Positions 1 through 10,687 of a stretch of DNA of 58,424 nucleotides are shown in pieces (the stretch's first letter is position 1; each line of letters starts with the position of its first letter). The stretch is taken from contig JAQGDQ010001159.1 in NCBI GenBank assembly GCA_030141605.1, positions 1 to 58,424 of the forward strand. The letters run 5' to 3'. A program made the position numbers and the translations under genes. A model generated the notes under the pieces. That model did not search any database, had not been told where the DNA came from, and saw only the letters and a list, made by a program, of their open reading frames with translations. This DNA comes from Tubiluchus corallicola. Lineage: Eukaryota; Animalia; Priapulida.

Positions 1-340
1 CTGTAAACATAAGTTTCGAACTTATTAACTTTCTCCTTAATGAGTAACTTTTGCGTTGATGACTACTACCACAAAAATGCAAGAACAATTATCGTTACGG
101 CTTGCCAGGAAAGACGGATCTGTCGGGGTGCCGGATCAACCGCGCGTACCGTCACGCGCATTCCGAATCGTCGTCATTCTATCGGAAAAGCCACCTGCGT
201 AATCTTATTTAACTAAACGCTATGCAAACGCGTTTTTTGATGTTTTACACACTTTCTAGTGAAACGTGGAAAAAAATAAGTGTCAGTTTAATTTCTTATT
301 GCACGTTTTTGTAAGCTTAGAACGGTTTATAAAGCTACTA

Positions 341-1073
341 CGCCATGTGCACGTAATGCGTGATGCGTGATGCGTAATGCATGATGCGTATAGACTGTTT
401 CCACGTGTCCGTAAACGCTATGCGGATTAACAAAACCCACGGCGTTCTTTCCGCCGTTTTTGGTCGCTATTCGTGAAAATTGCAAGCAATAATTTTTGGA
501 AATCATGTCTCTGTAGAAACTTAAGCGTGATAATTACAGCTGCGGCATTAGCTTATTATTGTACTATTAGATGGAAAAGAAAGCACAGGTTTTGGGTGCA
601 CAACATTTTGCAGGAGAGAGAACAATATGGCACGTATCATTATTTAGTGAAAGAACATAGTTAGAAGCACAACACATAACTACATGCTTCTTCCATCTCT
701 CAAAAACTCAAATAGAAAAAAAATTGTTTGTAGGTTATAAAGTGACCAAAACTCACCTAACTAGAATTTTCAGAAAGCTAAACAGCGAAAATGGTCACCG
801 GAAACTTGAAAACTCGCTATAATCACCTAGGCAACGGCTGTTTCCCGTTTGCGTATTGCTGCGTGATGCGTATTCGGACGATAGCGACCTCGTTTGAGTG
901 TATACGGATTACGCATTAGGCACACATGGAAACACTTCTACATGTTTAAATACAAACTGTTGTATATGCATTATGTATACATGAAAACACTTCTACATGT
1001 TTAAATACAAACAGTTGTATACGCATTCCGGATCACGCATCACGCATACGTACCCATGGAGTCCACATGGACC
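341..1073 (+). mobile_element. PIF/Harbinger-type deletion derivative (non-autonomous)
   Basis: Imperfect terminal inverted repeats (cgccatgtgcacgtaatgcgtgatgcg ... cgcatcacgcatacgtacccatggagtccacatggacc) enclosing a remnant ORF with a Harbinger transposase N-terminal-like motif. Confidence 0.6.
473..664 (+). pseudogene. Remnant of the N-terminus of a Harbinger/HARBI1-like DDE transposase
   Basis: The translation RKHRFWVHNILQEREQYGTYHYLVKE resembles the recalled RxWVHpixxxRxxxGxfhxLxxEL motif of PIF/Harbinger transposases. It is truncated and has no DDE domain. Confidence 0.65.
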
Positions 1074-1359
1074 GATATGTGGAGTCTTGTTACGGTTAAG
1101 TACTTGAAAATATCGATAGTTTGTTTTAATATTTTTTATTACCTAAATACAGTCGGGTCGAAATGTAGTAGAATTAATTGTTACAACTTGAATAGGAAAG
1201 ATTAAAAAAATGTAATTAATTTTGATTACGTACACGATTTTTGTACCGTTTTGAGACTTATAATTGTACACGGTCATTTCAGAATGTTAAATAAATAGAC
1301 ATTTTTACCTGCCCTTTTAAAAATATGTTTTGGTATTGTGTTCTAGATGTGCTAATATT

Positions 1360-1386
1360 CTGCTGCTGCAGCAGGCTGCTGTTGCA

Positions 1387-1418
<32 letters not shown>

Positions 1419-1535
1419 AGCTGCTGCTGTTGCTGCTGCTGTTGTTGTTGCTGTTCTTGTTGTCATTGTCGCTGTCGTCGTCGTCGCCGTCGTCGTTGAT
1501 GCTGTTGTTGCTGCTGCTGTTGTTCCTGTTGTTTT
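1360..1535. repeat. Compound trinucleotide microsatellite (GCT/GTT/GTC)n; mirror copy at about 5735-5910
   Basis: Seen directly. Confidence 0.95.
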
Positions 1536-2739
1536 TATTATTTTTTGTTACCGTCTGATGTATCGCAGGAACATCTTCGTCTTCCTTGCAGAGCAAAAAA
1601 CAAAAAAGATTTCTGTTGTTGCAATAAAATTCTACAATTTGGCTGTTATTAGCATATGATATGCAATAACTATCTACCCACAAAAACAGTGAACTAGATT
1701 TTGTGAAGACAGACGTATTAGTATCTTAGTTTATTAATAATAATTCGCTTTATTATTTTCATCTTTGCTCTGTCACAAGTTCATATGGCTTGGCAGATCT
1801 AGAGATGCCGGTAGAAAGCGAATCCAGTGATAGCGTGGCGCCATCTGGTGCTCTGATTTTTAATCTTTACAACAAAAAGGTAAAGAACAGAAAGAGTTCG
1901 TGGTTTGCTAACTGCATTGTTTTATAATTGTAATTGTAATTTACAGCAATTTCATGCGTATATCGTACTCGCGTTGAAAGGCTTTTTTGTTTGTTTTCAT
2001 TTTAAATTTCCCGCAATGCTGTTCCGACCGCGCCGTTACATGACGTCATATACGCACAACGTAAATCAGGGGAACAAAAGGAAATGTTAAACCATGTCCC
2101 AAAAAAACTTTTAATGCAAAGTTATATTACCTGCTTGAAAGACTCACGTAACTGGAAAAGAAAATTATTGACTATATAAAATGCTTTCACCAATTGTTAA
2201 AATGTCCCTCCAGGGTGCACCACTCACTTACTTGGTTAGTGAGGTGTGCGCTACGAACTAAACTTGTTTCAAATGACTTATCGTCAAAACGGCACAATAT
2301 TATCTAAACTTGTTTCAAATGGCTTATCGTCAAAATGGCACACCACCACCACACCACATCAAATCCACCACCTCACGTGGTGATCATGATGTTGATGATG
2401 ATGATGGTGGCAACGATGACGACACCTATAGCACAAGCACCAACAGCACAGCATTACAACAAAACCATTCCAAACATTTTTCACAAAGTTGAAACTATGT
2501 GCTATAATATAATAAATAGCAAAGGCCCCGCAAAAGATTTTGCGTAAAAAACCACGTATAATCAATAATACGCGAACATCCTACCTAGTCCACATTTATA
2601 ACGCAAAGCCCGTAACATCATGCCTACAGTTTGTTTAACTAACGCAAAGCCTGTAGCAGCTTTTTGCTGAATTAAAGCTATAAGATTATAGACAGAATAC
2701 AATGGATGACGTCAGAACAATGGTTTTGCGTCAGCAGTT

Positions 2740-3346
2740 TTCTAAGCGAAAATTGCCGAAAATGGAACTCCTAATTAACTCGCCAGTACTCCTCTCGGTG
2801 GACCTGCCCTAACATATAGCCCACACCATCGTGTAGCCCTGTCCTTCCTCTTTGTAAAGAGCCGTATATCTCCTTCCGAGAGTCCCACCGGGCGACGCTA
2901 GAACGTTTTTCCCGCAGGCTGTTTGGCCAAAATTTCGAAAAAATCGCGAGTTGGGTCCGCGAAAACGCCCGTTACGGGACCCCGTGGCCCTCTTGGGAAT
3001 TCTAAATAGGCCTATGACACCCACCGCTGAGCGGGCTATCTATCCATACCCAGTACCCCCCTCGGCCCGTTCCCGTTCTCTACATCTCAGCCGTATAACT
3101 TTTGCAAAAAACGGCCGAAAAAGGGCCATTTTTGGAGGTTTTTCGCCTCCCGTTCCTCCCGGTGGGCCCCATTCGAAAAATAAACCATCAATGGCACGAC
3201 ACTAGATCGAGACCTTTCGTTTGATGTATAGATCGCCGCAAATGGTGCCCTCGTCCGGGCTGTAGCCTCGAATCTTATATATAAATAAATAAATATATAT
3301 ATATATTAAGATACCAAGAATATTAATATAAGAGATAGTAGATCTC
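2740..3346 (-). mobile_element. GC/CpG-rich insert, possibly a non-autonomous Helitron-like element
   Basis: Sharp compositional shift. The minus strand begins atctactatctcttatattaatattcttgg followed by a (TA/TTTA) microsatellite, an architecture reminiscent of non-autonomous Helitron 5' ends. No clear 3' hairpin plus CTAG was found. Confidence 0.3.
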
Positions 3347-3504
3347 ATATTTTTCTTAGGTAACATAATGTTATCTTTCGTTCATTTCTCTTGTCTTATG
3401 CGTCAATGGCATTCCAAATACGGCACACAATTGTTACAGTACAGTACAGAATATGCATTACATTACATTACAATACATTACATTACATTACAGTACAATA
3501 AGCT

Positions 3505-3875
3505 TTTCCCAGACAGTTTCGTTGTGCGCACACGCATTTGGTGTAAGTCAGTGGTTATGTGTACCATAGCAACGTGTCTTAACTACAACCGTCATGTGAA
3601 ATGCAAGTAAAGCAAAGCTGTCTGCCGCAGTTTTTCAGCAACTTCAGTTGTTTTATGTTGTCTTTGCTCAATTATGCACTAGTCTGTGCATAGAGTGATT
3701 TAGTAGCAGAATTTTGCTGGGGAACAAAAAAATGAACTAGGTGAGGTTCTAGCTTGCTGTTAAAACTGTTACTGTTACAGTAGCATGCTCACACAAATGT
3801 GTTGTTTTGGTACACTTAACCTTTGACCTTTTCGCGATCATCATCAATCGCAGAAACTGTGAAAAGGCTTACCGA
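3505..3875. repeat. Dispersed repeat family F (other copies at about 19880-20045, inverted, and about 43655-44030)
   Basis: Shared sequence acagtttcgttgtgcgcac.cgcatttg...ttaactacaaccgtca...gtaaagcaaagc. Confidence 0.8.
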
Positions 3876-4402
3876 GCTGAATCTTCACTCTTCCCGTCTT
3901 TGTGAACATTCTTTTATCCTTGTTTTGCTGTAAACTGCCTAAAACCCTCGTTTTTGAGATTGAGTCTAATCAATCGTTCTGTTTTCCTTTAACTTCATAG
4001 ACGTCCAAGTCAAATATTAAGTAAGCTACTCTGACCAGGTTTTTTTTCTTTATTCTTGTTTAGTTTATCGTCTTCCATTAGCTAAAAATAAACATGTAAT
4101 TCAAGCTGTCAAACCTTTTTACATTTCTGATATGATTAAGTTTACAGAACAAAAGCAAAGTTTCACGGTTAACAGGAAAGGTGGAGAGAATTTTAGGCGA
4201 TATCTTTAACTTATTGTTTGCTTGTCACAAATCCTATGAAGTAGCATTTCATTCAATGTTGCATTAACGTGTGTATTATTAGAACACTATTCTCTACAGC
4301 AGCTGCAAGGAACAGTTGAATGGAATCTAACCATTAATTTTTATAACAATTAGTTGCACGTGTATTTACCCCCTAATGAACTAACGTGCTCAGATCGCTT
4401 AA

Positions 4403-5335
4403 TTAAAGTACAAGAAAACCCTTGGCTTACATAAAGCTTAAAAAATTCGCCTTGAAATTTTATACCACTCACATTCAACCTTTTTGCATACAGGACTTGC
4501 ATAGGTAGTAATACTGTATAAAACGTGTAAATTTAAACTCTCGCGATGACAGTTAGACGCACCCATTTTGACGATAAGTCATTTGAAACAAGTTTAGATA
4601 ATATTGTGCCATTTTGACGATAAGTCATTTGAAACAAGTTTAGATAATATTGTGCCATTTTGACGATAAGTCTTTTGAAACAAGTTTAGATAATATTGTG
4701 CCATTTTGACGATAAGTCATTTGAAACAAGATTAGATAGTATTGTGTCATTTTGACGATAAGTCATTTGAAACAAGTTTAGATAGTATTGTGCCATTTTG
4801 ACGATAAGTCATTTGAAACCAGTTTAGGTAATATTGTGCCATTTTGTCGATAAGTCATTTGAAACAAGTTTAGGTAATATTGTGCCATTTTGACGATAAG
4901 TCATTTGAAACAAGTTTAGATAATATTGTGCCATTTTGACGATAAGCCATTTGAAACAAGTTTAGATAATATTGTGCCGTTTTGACGATAAGTCATTTGA
5001 AACAAGTTTAGTTCGTAGCGCACACCTCACTAACCAAGCAAGTGAGTGGTGCACCCTGGAGGGACATTTTAACAATTGGTGAAAGCATTTTATATAGTCA
5101 ATAATTTTCTTTTCCAGTTACGTGAGTCTTTCAAGCAGGTAATATAACTTTGCATTAAAAGTTTTTTTGGGACATGGTTTAACATTTCCTTTTGTTCCCC
5201 TGATTTACGTTGTGCGTATATGACGTCATGTAACGGCGCGGTCGGAACAGCATTGCGGGAAATTTAAAATGAAAACAAACAAAAAAGCCTTTCAACGCGA
5301 GTACGATATACGCATGAAATTGCTGTAAATTACAA
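4403..5335 (+). mobile_element. TTAA-flanked MITE family A copy containing an internal 46-bp tandem expansion
   Basis: Starts ttaaagtacaagaaaaccc and is colinear with the full-length copies at 32483-33196 and 56891-57549; the right end is degraded. Confidence 0.8.
4563..5010. repeat. Minisatellite, 46-bp unit, about 9.7 copies
   Basis: Unit ccattttgacgataagtcatttgaaacaagtttagataatattgtg; single-copy in the other family A elements. Confidence 0.97.
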
Positions 5336-7272
5336 TTACAATTATAAAACAATGCAGTTAGCAAACCACGAACTCTTTCTGTTCTTTACCTTTTTGTTGT
5401 AAAGATTAAAAATCAGAGCACCAGATGGCGCCACGCTATCACTGGATTCGCTTTCTACCGGCATCTCTAGATCTGCCAAGCCATATGAACTTGTGACAGA
5501 GCAAAGATGAAAATAATAAAGCGAATTATTATTAATAAACTAAGATACTAATACGTCTGTCTTCACAAAATCTAGTTCACTGTTTTTGTGGGTAGATAGT
5601 TATTGCATATCATATGCTAATAACAGCCAAATTGTAGAATTTTATTGCAACAACAGAAATCTTTTTTGTTTTTTGCTCTGCAAGGAAGACGAAGATGTTC
5701 CTGCGATACATCAGACGGTAACAAAAAATAATAAAAACAACAGGAACAACAGCAGCAGCAACAACAGCATCAACGACGACGGCGACGACGACGACAGCGA
5801 CAATGACAACAAGAACAGCAACAACAACAGCAGCAGCAACAGCAGCAGCTGCAGGAACAGCAACAACAACAGCAGCAGCAACTGCAACAGCAGCCTGCTG
5901 CAGCAGCAGAATATTAGCACATCTAGAACACAATACCAAAACATATTTTTAAAAGGGCAGGTAAAAATGTCTATTTATTTAACATTCTGAAATGACCGTG
6001 TACAATTATAAGTCTCAAAACGGTACAAAAATCGTGTACGTAATCAAAATTAATTACATTTTTTTAATCTTTCCTATTCAAGTTGTAACAATTAATTCTA
6101 CTACATTTCGACCCGACTGTATTTAGGTAATAAAAAATATTAAAACAAACTATCGATATTTTCAAGTACTTAACCGTAACAAGACTCCACATATCGGTCC
6201 ATGTGGACTCCATGGGTACGTATGCGTGATGCGTGATCCGGAATGCGTATACAACTGTTTGTATTTAAACATGTAGAAGTGTTTTCATGTATATATAATG
6301 CGTATACAACAGTATGTATTTAAACATGTAAAAGTGTTTAAATGTGTACGTAATGCGTGATCCTTATTCATTCGAACATGATCGCCATCGTCCGAATACG
6401 GGTCACGCAGCAATACGCAGACGGGAAACCGCCGTTGCCTAGGTGATTATAGCGAGTTTTCAAGTTTCCGGTGACCATTTTCGCTGTTTAGCTTCCTGAA
6501 AATTCTAGTTTGGTGAGTTGTGGTGAGTTTTGGACCAATAAACAATAATGTTTTTTCTACTTGAGTTTTTGAGAGATGGAAGAAGCATGTAGTTATGTGT
6601 TGTGATTCTAACTAATGTTCTTTCACTAAATAAAGATACGTGCCATATTGTTCTCTCTCCTGCAAAAAGTTGTGCACCCAAAACCTGTGCTTTCTTTTCC
6701 ATCTAATAGTACAATAATAAGCTAATGCCGCAGCTGTAATTATCACACTTAAGTTTCTACAGAGACATGATTTCCAAAAATTATTGCTTGCAATTTTCAC
6801 GAAAAGGGACCAAAAACGGCGGAAAGAACGCCGTGCGATTTGTTAATCCGCATAGCGTTTACGGACACGTGAAAACTGTCTATACGCATCATGCATTACG
6901 CATCACGCATCACGCATTACGTGCACATGGCGTAGTAGCTTTATAAACCGTTCTAAGCTTACAAAAACGTGCAATAAGAAATTAAACTGACACTTATTTT
7001 TTTCCACGTTTCACTAGAAAGTGTGTAAAACATCAAAAAACGCGTTTGCATAGCGTTTAGTTAAATAAGATTACGCAGGTGGCTTTTCCGATAGAATGAC
7101 GACGATTCGGAATGCGCGTGACGGTACGCGCGGTTGATCCGGCACCCCGACAGATCCGTCTTTCCTGGCAAGCCGTAACGATAATTGTTCTTGCATTTTT
7201 GTGGTAGTAGTCATCAACGCAAAAGTTACTCATTAAGGAGAAAGTTAATAAGTTCGAAACTTATGTTTACAG
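4927..7272. repeat. Right arm of the large inverted duplication
   Basis: Reverse complement of 1-2342; near-identical except inside about 6290-6880. Confidence 0.97.
6196..6932 (-). mobile_element. Second, inverted copy of the PIF/Harbinger derivative, with the transposase remnant at 6612-6800
   Basis: Mirror of 341-1073; translation RKHRFWVHNFLQEREQYGTYLYLVKEH. Confidence 0.6.
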
Positions 7273-7604
7273 TATAATCGATAGTTTACGAATTCTGCCT
7301 GGGACTGGGTATTTCATAATAAAATAGTCCAACAAAACGGCAAAAATTATACATCTTAATGCACTAACAATGGGGAAAGTCCACAACAATATAATCAACA
7401 AACTTTCTACAAACAACAATGGAAATTCGGAAATGTGTAGGCGTGTGCCCAAATATGGAGCAACCTGGAGAGCAAAAACAATGAAAAAAGTCTAATAACA
7501 ATAGTGTTTCTCGACGCGTCGAAAAAAGTTCGTGTTCTCAACTTTGCTTCTGTGTAACGATTCATATATAAATTCTATAGCCAGTAACAATAAAAGGGTT
7601 AAAC

Positions 7605-7654
7605 ATTTGACCAATGATCGTTTCGGCTACTGAAGCCATTATCAAATTACAAAT
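7605..7654 (-). ncRNA. Degenerate minimal hammerhead motif (second arm)
   Basis: Minus strand reads auuuguaau-UUGAUAA-u-GGCU ucagu AGCC-GAA-ACGAUCAU-u-ggucaaau; stem III has a mismatch. Confidence 0.5.
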
Positions 7655-8105
7655 GAAGCCAAAAAGAAGAATAAATAATACATTAATGATACAAAGGCAC
7701 AAACTGAAACTACAAAAAACAACAGATTAGAATTTAACTTATCAACATAAACGAGGTTGTAACGGAAGAAGTTGCAGAGAAATGTGCAAAATATTTACCT
7801 AACACACGAGAACCAAAAAAGAACACAACAGGTAAACAATTAATTCAAGTCTGTAATAATGAAAAACCATAGCAGTAAACATTATAAGAATAAAACACAA
7901 CTTCTATATTTTGTACAATTCTTTAACCGATGTCTTCTTTTTTTTGGTTCTCATGTGTTAGGTAAAACTTTTGTACATTTCTCTGGAACTTCTTCCGTTA
8001 CAACCTAGTTTATTTTGATAAGTTAAATTCTAATCTGTTTCGTAGCTTCAGTTTACGCCTTTGTGCCATTAATGTATTATTTGCATTTCTTCTTTGTTTG
8101 ATCTA

Positions 8106-8146
8106 TAGTTTGATAATGGCTACAGTAGCCGAAACGATCGTCGCTA
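8106..8146 (+). ncRNA. Minimal type I hammerhead ribozyme motif (U3-A8 core variant)
   Basis: uagu-UUGAUAA-u-GGCUA cag UAGCC-GAA-ACGAUCGU-C-gcua: stem II of 5 bp, palindromic stem III, and stem I uagu/gcua; predicted cleavage after C8142. Confidence 0.65.
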
Positions 8147-8703
8147 AACAAAAGTGTTGGTTCCTAGAAGCTGGCTCTTTCGTGTAAAAAATCAAATTTT
8201 CTACAGCTTCTTTACTTGTACAGTATCTGTAGTATTATCATTTATGTAGATCTAGTTACGTGCATGGAAGACTAAAACGTTAGTCTCTTAAATCACCATC
8301 AAATTACTCAAACAGCTTAATTAGCAAATTGGTTGATCAGTTAATTTCGCCTAAAATGAGCCTTATAGATTTTTTATTATTTGCCAATTATTCACCATTT
8401 CATTATTCATTAAGGAACAGCAATTATTCATTAAACGACAAAAGCTATTTTGGCGACTGATGGTTTATTTCTCTTTTTGCCGCTAGAGAACACCACTGAA
8501 CTGAACTAATTTAGAAGAACATCCTTTTGTTGTCTAGATGCATGTTTGCCAAGGACTTAGTCACAAGGTTCAAAATAACAGACTCCTAATGAACGGCCTT
8601 TCAATTACTTGTTTTTTTAGGAAAAAGAAAAATCCTTGTCGGGAAAATATAGGAGAATTTGTCTATGTTGGAGAAACGTTTGGAAATCGTGAACTACTTT
8701 TAT

Positions 8704-9376
8704 TTAAATAACATGAAATCCCTCCACTACAGAAAACTTGAAAATTCGTCTTTAAATTTTATACCACTTACATACTGCTTCTTTGCATACATGACTTGCG
8801 TCGGCAGTAACGCTGTATAAAACATGTAAATTTAAACTCCCGCGATGACCGTTATACGCAGCCATTCTGACGATAATCCGTTTGACTCAAGTTTGCATAA
8901 CATTGATGTAAGTTTGAAAAAAGAATCAAAGTATTCGTAGCGCACATGTCACTTACTAAGTGAAATTTTAAATGACTGCATATCGTCAATAAGATCAAAA
9001 ATACGTTTTTTTGTTAGTGAGTGGTGCACCCTGGAGGTGAGTCAACGACATTTTACCAATTGGTGAAAACATTTTAAATAACTAATAATTTTCTTTTCTG
9101 CTTACATAAGTCTTTCAAGCAGGTACTATAACTTTGCATAGAAAGTTTTTCGGGACATAGCTTAACATTTTCTTTTCTTCCCCTGATTTACGTTGTGCGT
9201 ATATGATGTCATGTAATGGCGTAGTCGGAACAATATTGCGGGAAATTTAAAATGAAAACAAACAAAATCCTTTCAACACCAGTACGATATACTCATAAAG
9301 TTGCTGTAAAGTAATAAAATTTTTTAAGGCGATTTTTCTGAAACCTACTTCTAGTACCTCTTTTCTTGTCCTTTAA
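8704..9376 (+). mobile_element. TTAA-flanked MITE family A, near full length
   Basis: ttaaataacatgaaatccct ... ttttcttgtcctttaa; colinear with 56891-57549. Confidence 0.85.
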
Positions 9377-9620
9377 CGGTAAAAATGTTTATGGACATTG
9401 TGACTACAAAGTAATACATACAAAAGACTAACCCCTTCACCTTTTCTTTCTGCAGGTCACGACAAATTTTGTTCAATGAAAAACAAGGTTGAAGTCATGT
9501 GCTAACAGCAGTAGTGGAGCTCAATACTTATTAAAAACAATGCGTAACAATCCAACAAACGCTTTTGGTAACTATAGCAACTAAATGGAATAAACAACAA
9601 TCCACCCAACGTATTTGTAA

Positions 9621-10598
9621 CTATAAAATTGTCTCTTGAAGTCCCTGTATTTGACGTGAGAAAACCGAAAGTGCATTTCGAGATGCTGTCCTTTCATTAT
9701 TTTGCATAGCTGTACGCAAATTACTTGCACTCGTGCACCGACTACGACCATCAGAGTCCGAGTCAGAGGTAAAATCTATGTCAAGCAGCACAGAAGGACT
9801 TTTAGAACTAGAAGACTTTGACGAAGATGTGTAATCGTTGACTTGATCTGGCCAGCAGAATAACGAATCTGATTGAGCATTGCTACAAGTTCGCTGAAGT
9901 CCCGAACATTCGCCGCCTGACGGGCCAGCAGCAGCAAAACCTGGCGAAAGACTAGGAGAATATCTTGAAGACCCGTAATTCACCCACTGTTGCACGTGAC
10001 CACTGTCCTGCCCGTGTTGCATGTCCTTACAGTGGAATTCGGGCTCCACGTCGAAACAAATGTCCTCGAGTTTTGGAAACGTTAACGGCGACCGTAGAGG
10101 TCGCTCAAAATTGATATTGTCTTTGTCCGCTAGAGGGGGCTTGACGTATCCCATTCTGTCACGATAATCAGAAAAGCCTTCTACTTTAGAATGAAGTGAA
10201 TACGACCGCTGTCTCTGTGGTCTTGATGCGGCAGTTCTTCGTCCTGCACTAACGTCTAAGCTTTTTGCTCTCAGCTTCAACGCCCTCTCTTTTCTCTTCT
10301 GCTCTCTTAACTTCAAGCGCTTTTTCACCTTCGTGTGATGTTTGTAAATTAAGAACACCACAAAGAAGAGAATACAGCTACCCAGAGACACTGCAATGTT
10401 GACGCCAAGCAAAGGGTTATAGTTGCTGTAATAGTTATCGGCAGTCACTATTCCCTCACCGTGTTCACCGAAAGTGTAACCTTGTTTGAAGTAAAAATTG
10501 GCTTCCTCATCGTCTTCGTTACACGGGATGGGTATGCATTTGGGTTGGGAACCTTCTGTGTGCACTAATCCGAGTTCACTGGGCAGTGACAATTCCAT
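9621..10598 (-). CDS. Single-pass membrane protein (325 aa) with an MRAP-like juxtamembrane/TM motif, a basic post-TM stretch, a Ser-rich disordered tail and C-terminal ETIL
   Basis: The only long, non-repetitive ORF in the window, and GC-richer than its flanks. The first in-frame ATG is at 10598 in the context acaactATGG, with an in-frame stop upstream at 10664-10662. The hydrophobic segment GVNIAVSLGSCILFFVVFLIY is followed by KHHTKVKKRLK. Confidence 0.85.
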   Translation of the reverse strand: MELSLPSELGLVHTEGSQPKCIPIPCNEDDEEANFYFKQGYTFGEHGEGIVTADNYYSNYNPLLGVNIAVSLGSCILFFVVFLIYKHHTKVKKRLKLREQKRKERALKLRAKSLDVSAGRRTAASRPQRQRSYSLHSKVEGFSDYRDRMGYVKPPLADKDNINFERPLRSPLTFPKLEDICFDVEPEFHCKDMQHGQDSGHVQQWVNYGSSRYSPSLSPGFAAAGPSGGECSGLQRTCSNAQSDSLFCWPDQVNDYTSSSKSSSSKSPSVLLDIDFTSDSDSDGRSRCTSASNLRTAMQNNERTASRNALSVFSRQIQGLQETIL

Positions 10599-10687
10599 AG
10601 TTGTCCTGGCTAACAAGAGCCATCTTGTGCCTTTGTAACTCTGGTTTGCAGGGTCCAGAATTCAACTCTAATCATCTCTCAGTTTAC

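Larger units (their letters stand above)
1..2342. repeat. Left arm of a large inverted duplication (partner 4927-7272); cut by the window start
   Basis: Base 1 onward (ctgtaaacataagtttcgaac) is the reverse complement of the sequence ending at 7272 (gttcgaaacttatgtttacag). The match runs to about 2342/4927. The ORF track shows mirrored ORF pairs (1279-1683/5586-5990, 1905-2090/5179-5364). Confidence 0.97.
7605..8148. mobile_element. Inverted pair of ~235-bp repeats (7605-7841 / 7917-8148), Penelope-like terminal-repeat type
   Basis: The arms are diverged reverse complements with a spacer of about 75 bp. The outer end of each arm carries a minimal hammerhead motif. Confidence 0.7.

Noticed and set aside
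1279-1683. Asn/Ser-, Leu- and Val-rich ORFs and their mirrors at 5586-5990
   Set aside because: Open only because of trinucleotide microsatellites.
4563-5010. CRISPR-like regular repeats (also 13245-14015, 19230-19845, 48817-49108, 50239-51045)
   Set aside because: The units are head-to-tail with no unique spacers, there are no cas genes, and the context is eukaryotic; these are minisatellites.
7273-7495. Possible degraded LINE ORF2 tail
   Set aside because: Similarity is too weak by eye; a translated search would be needed.
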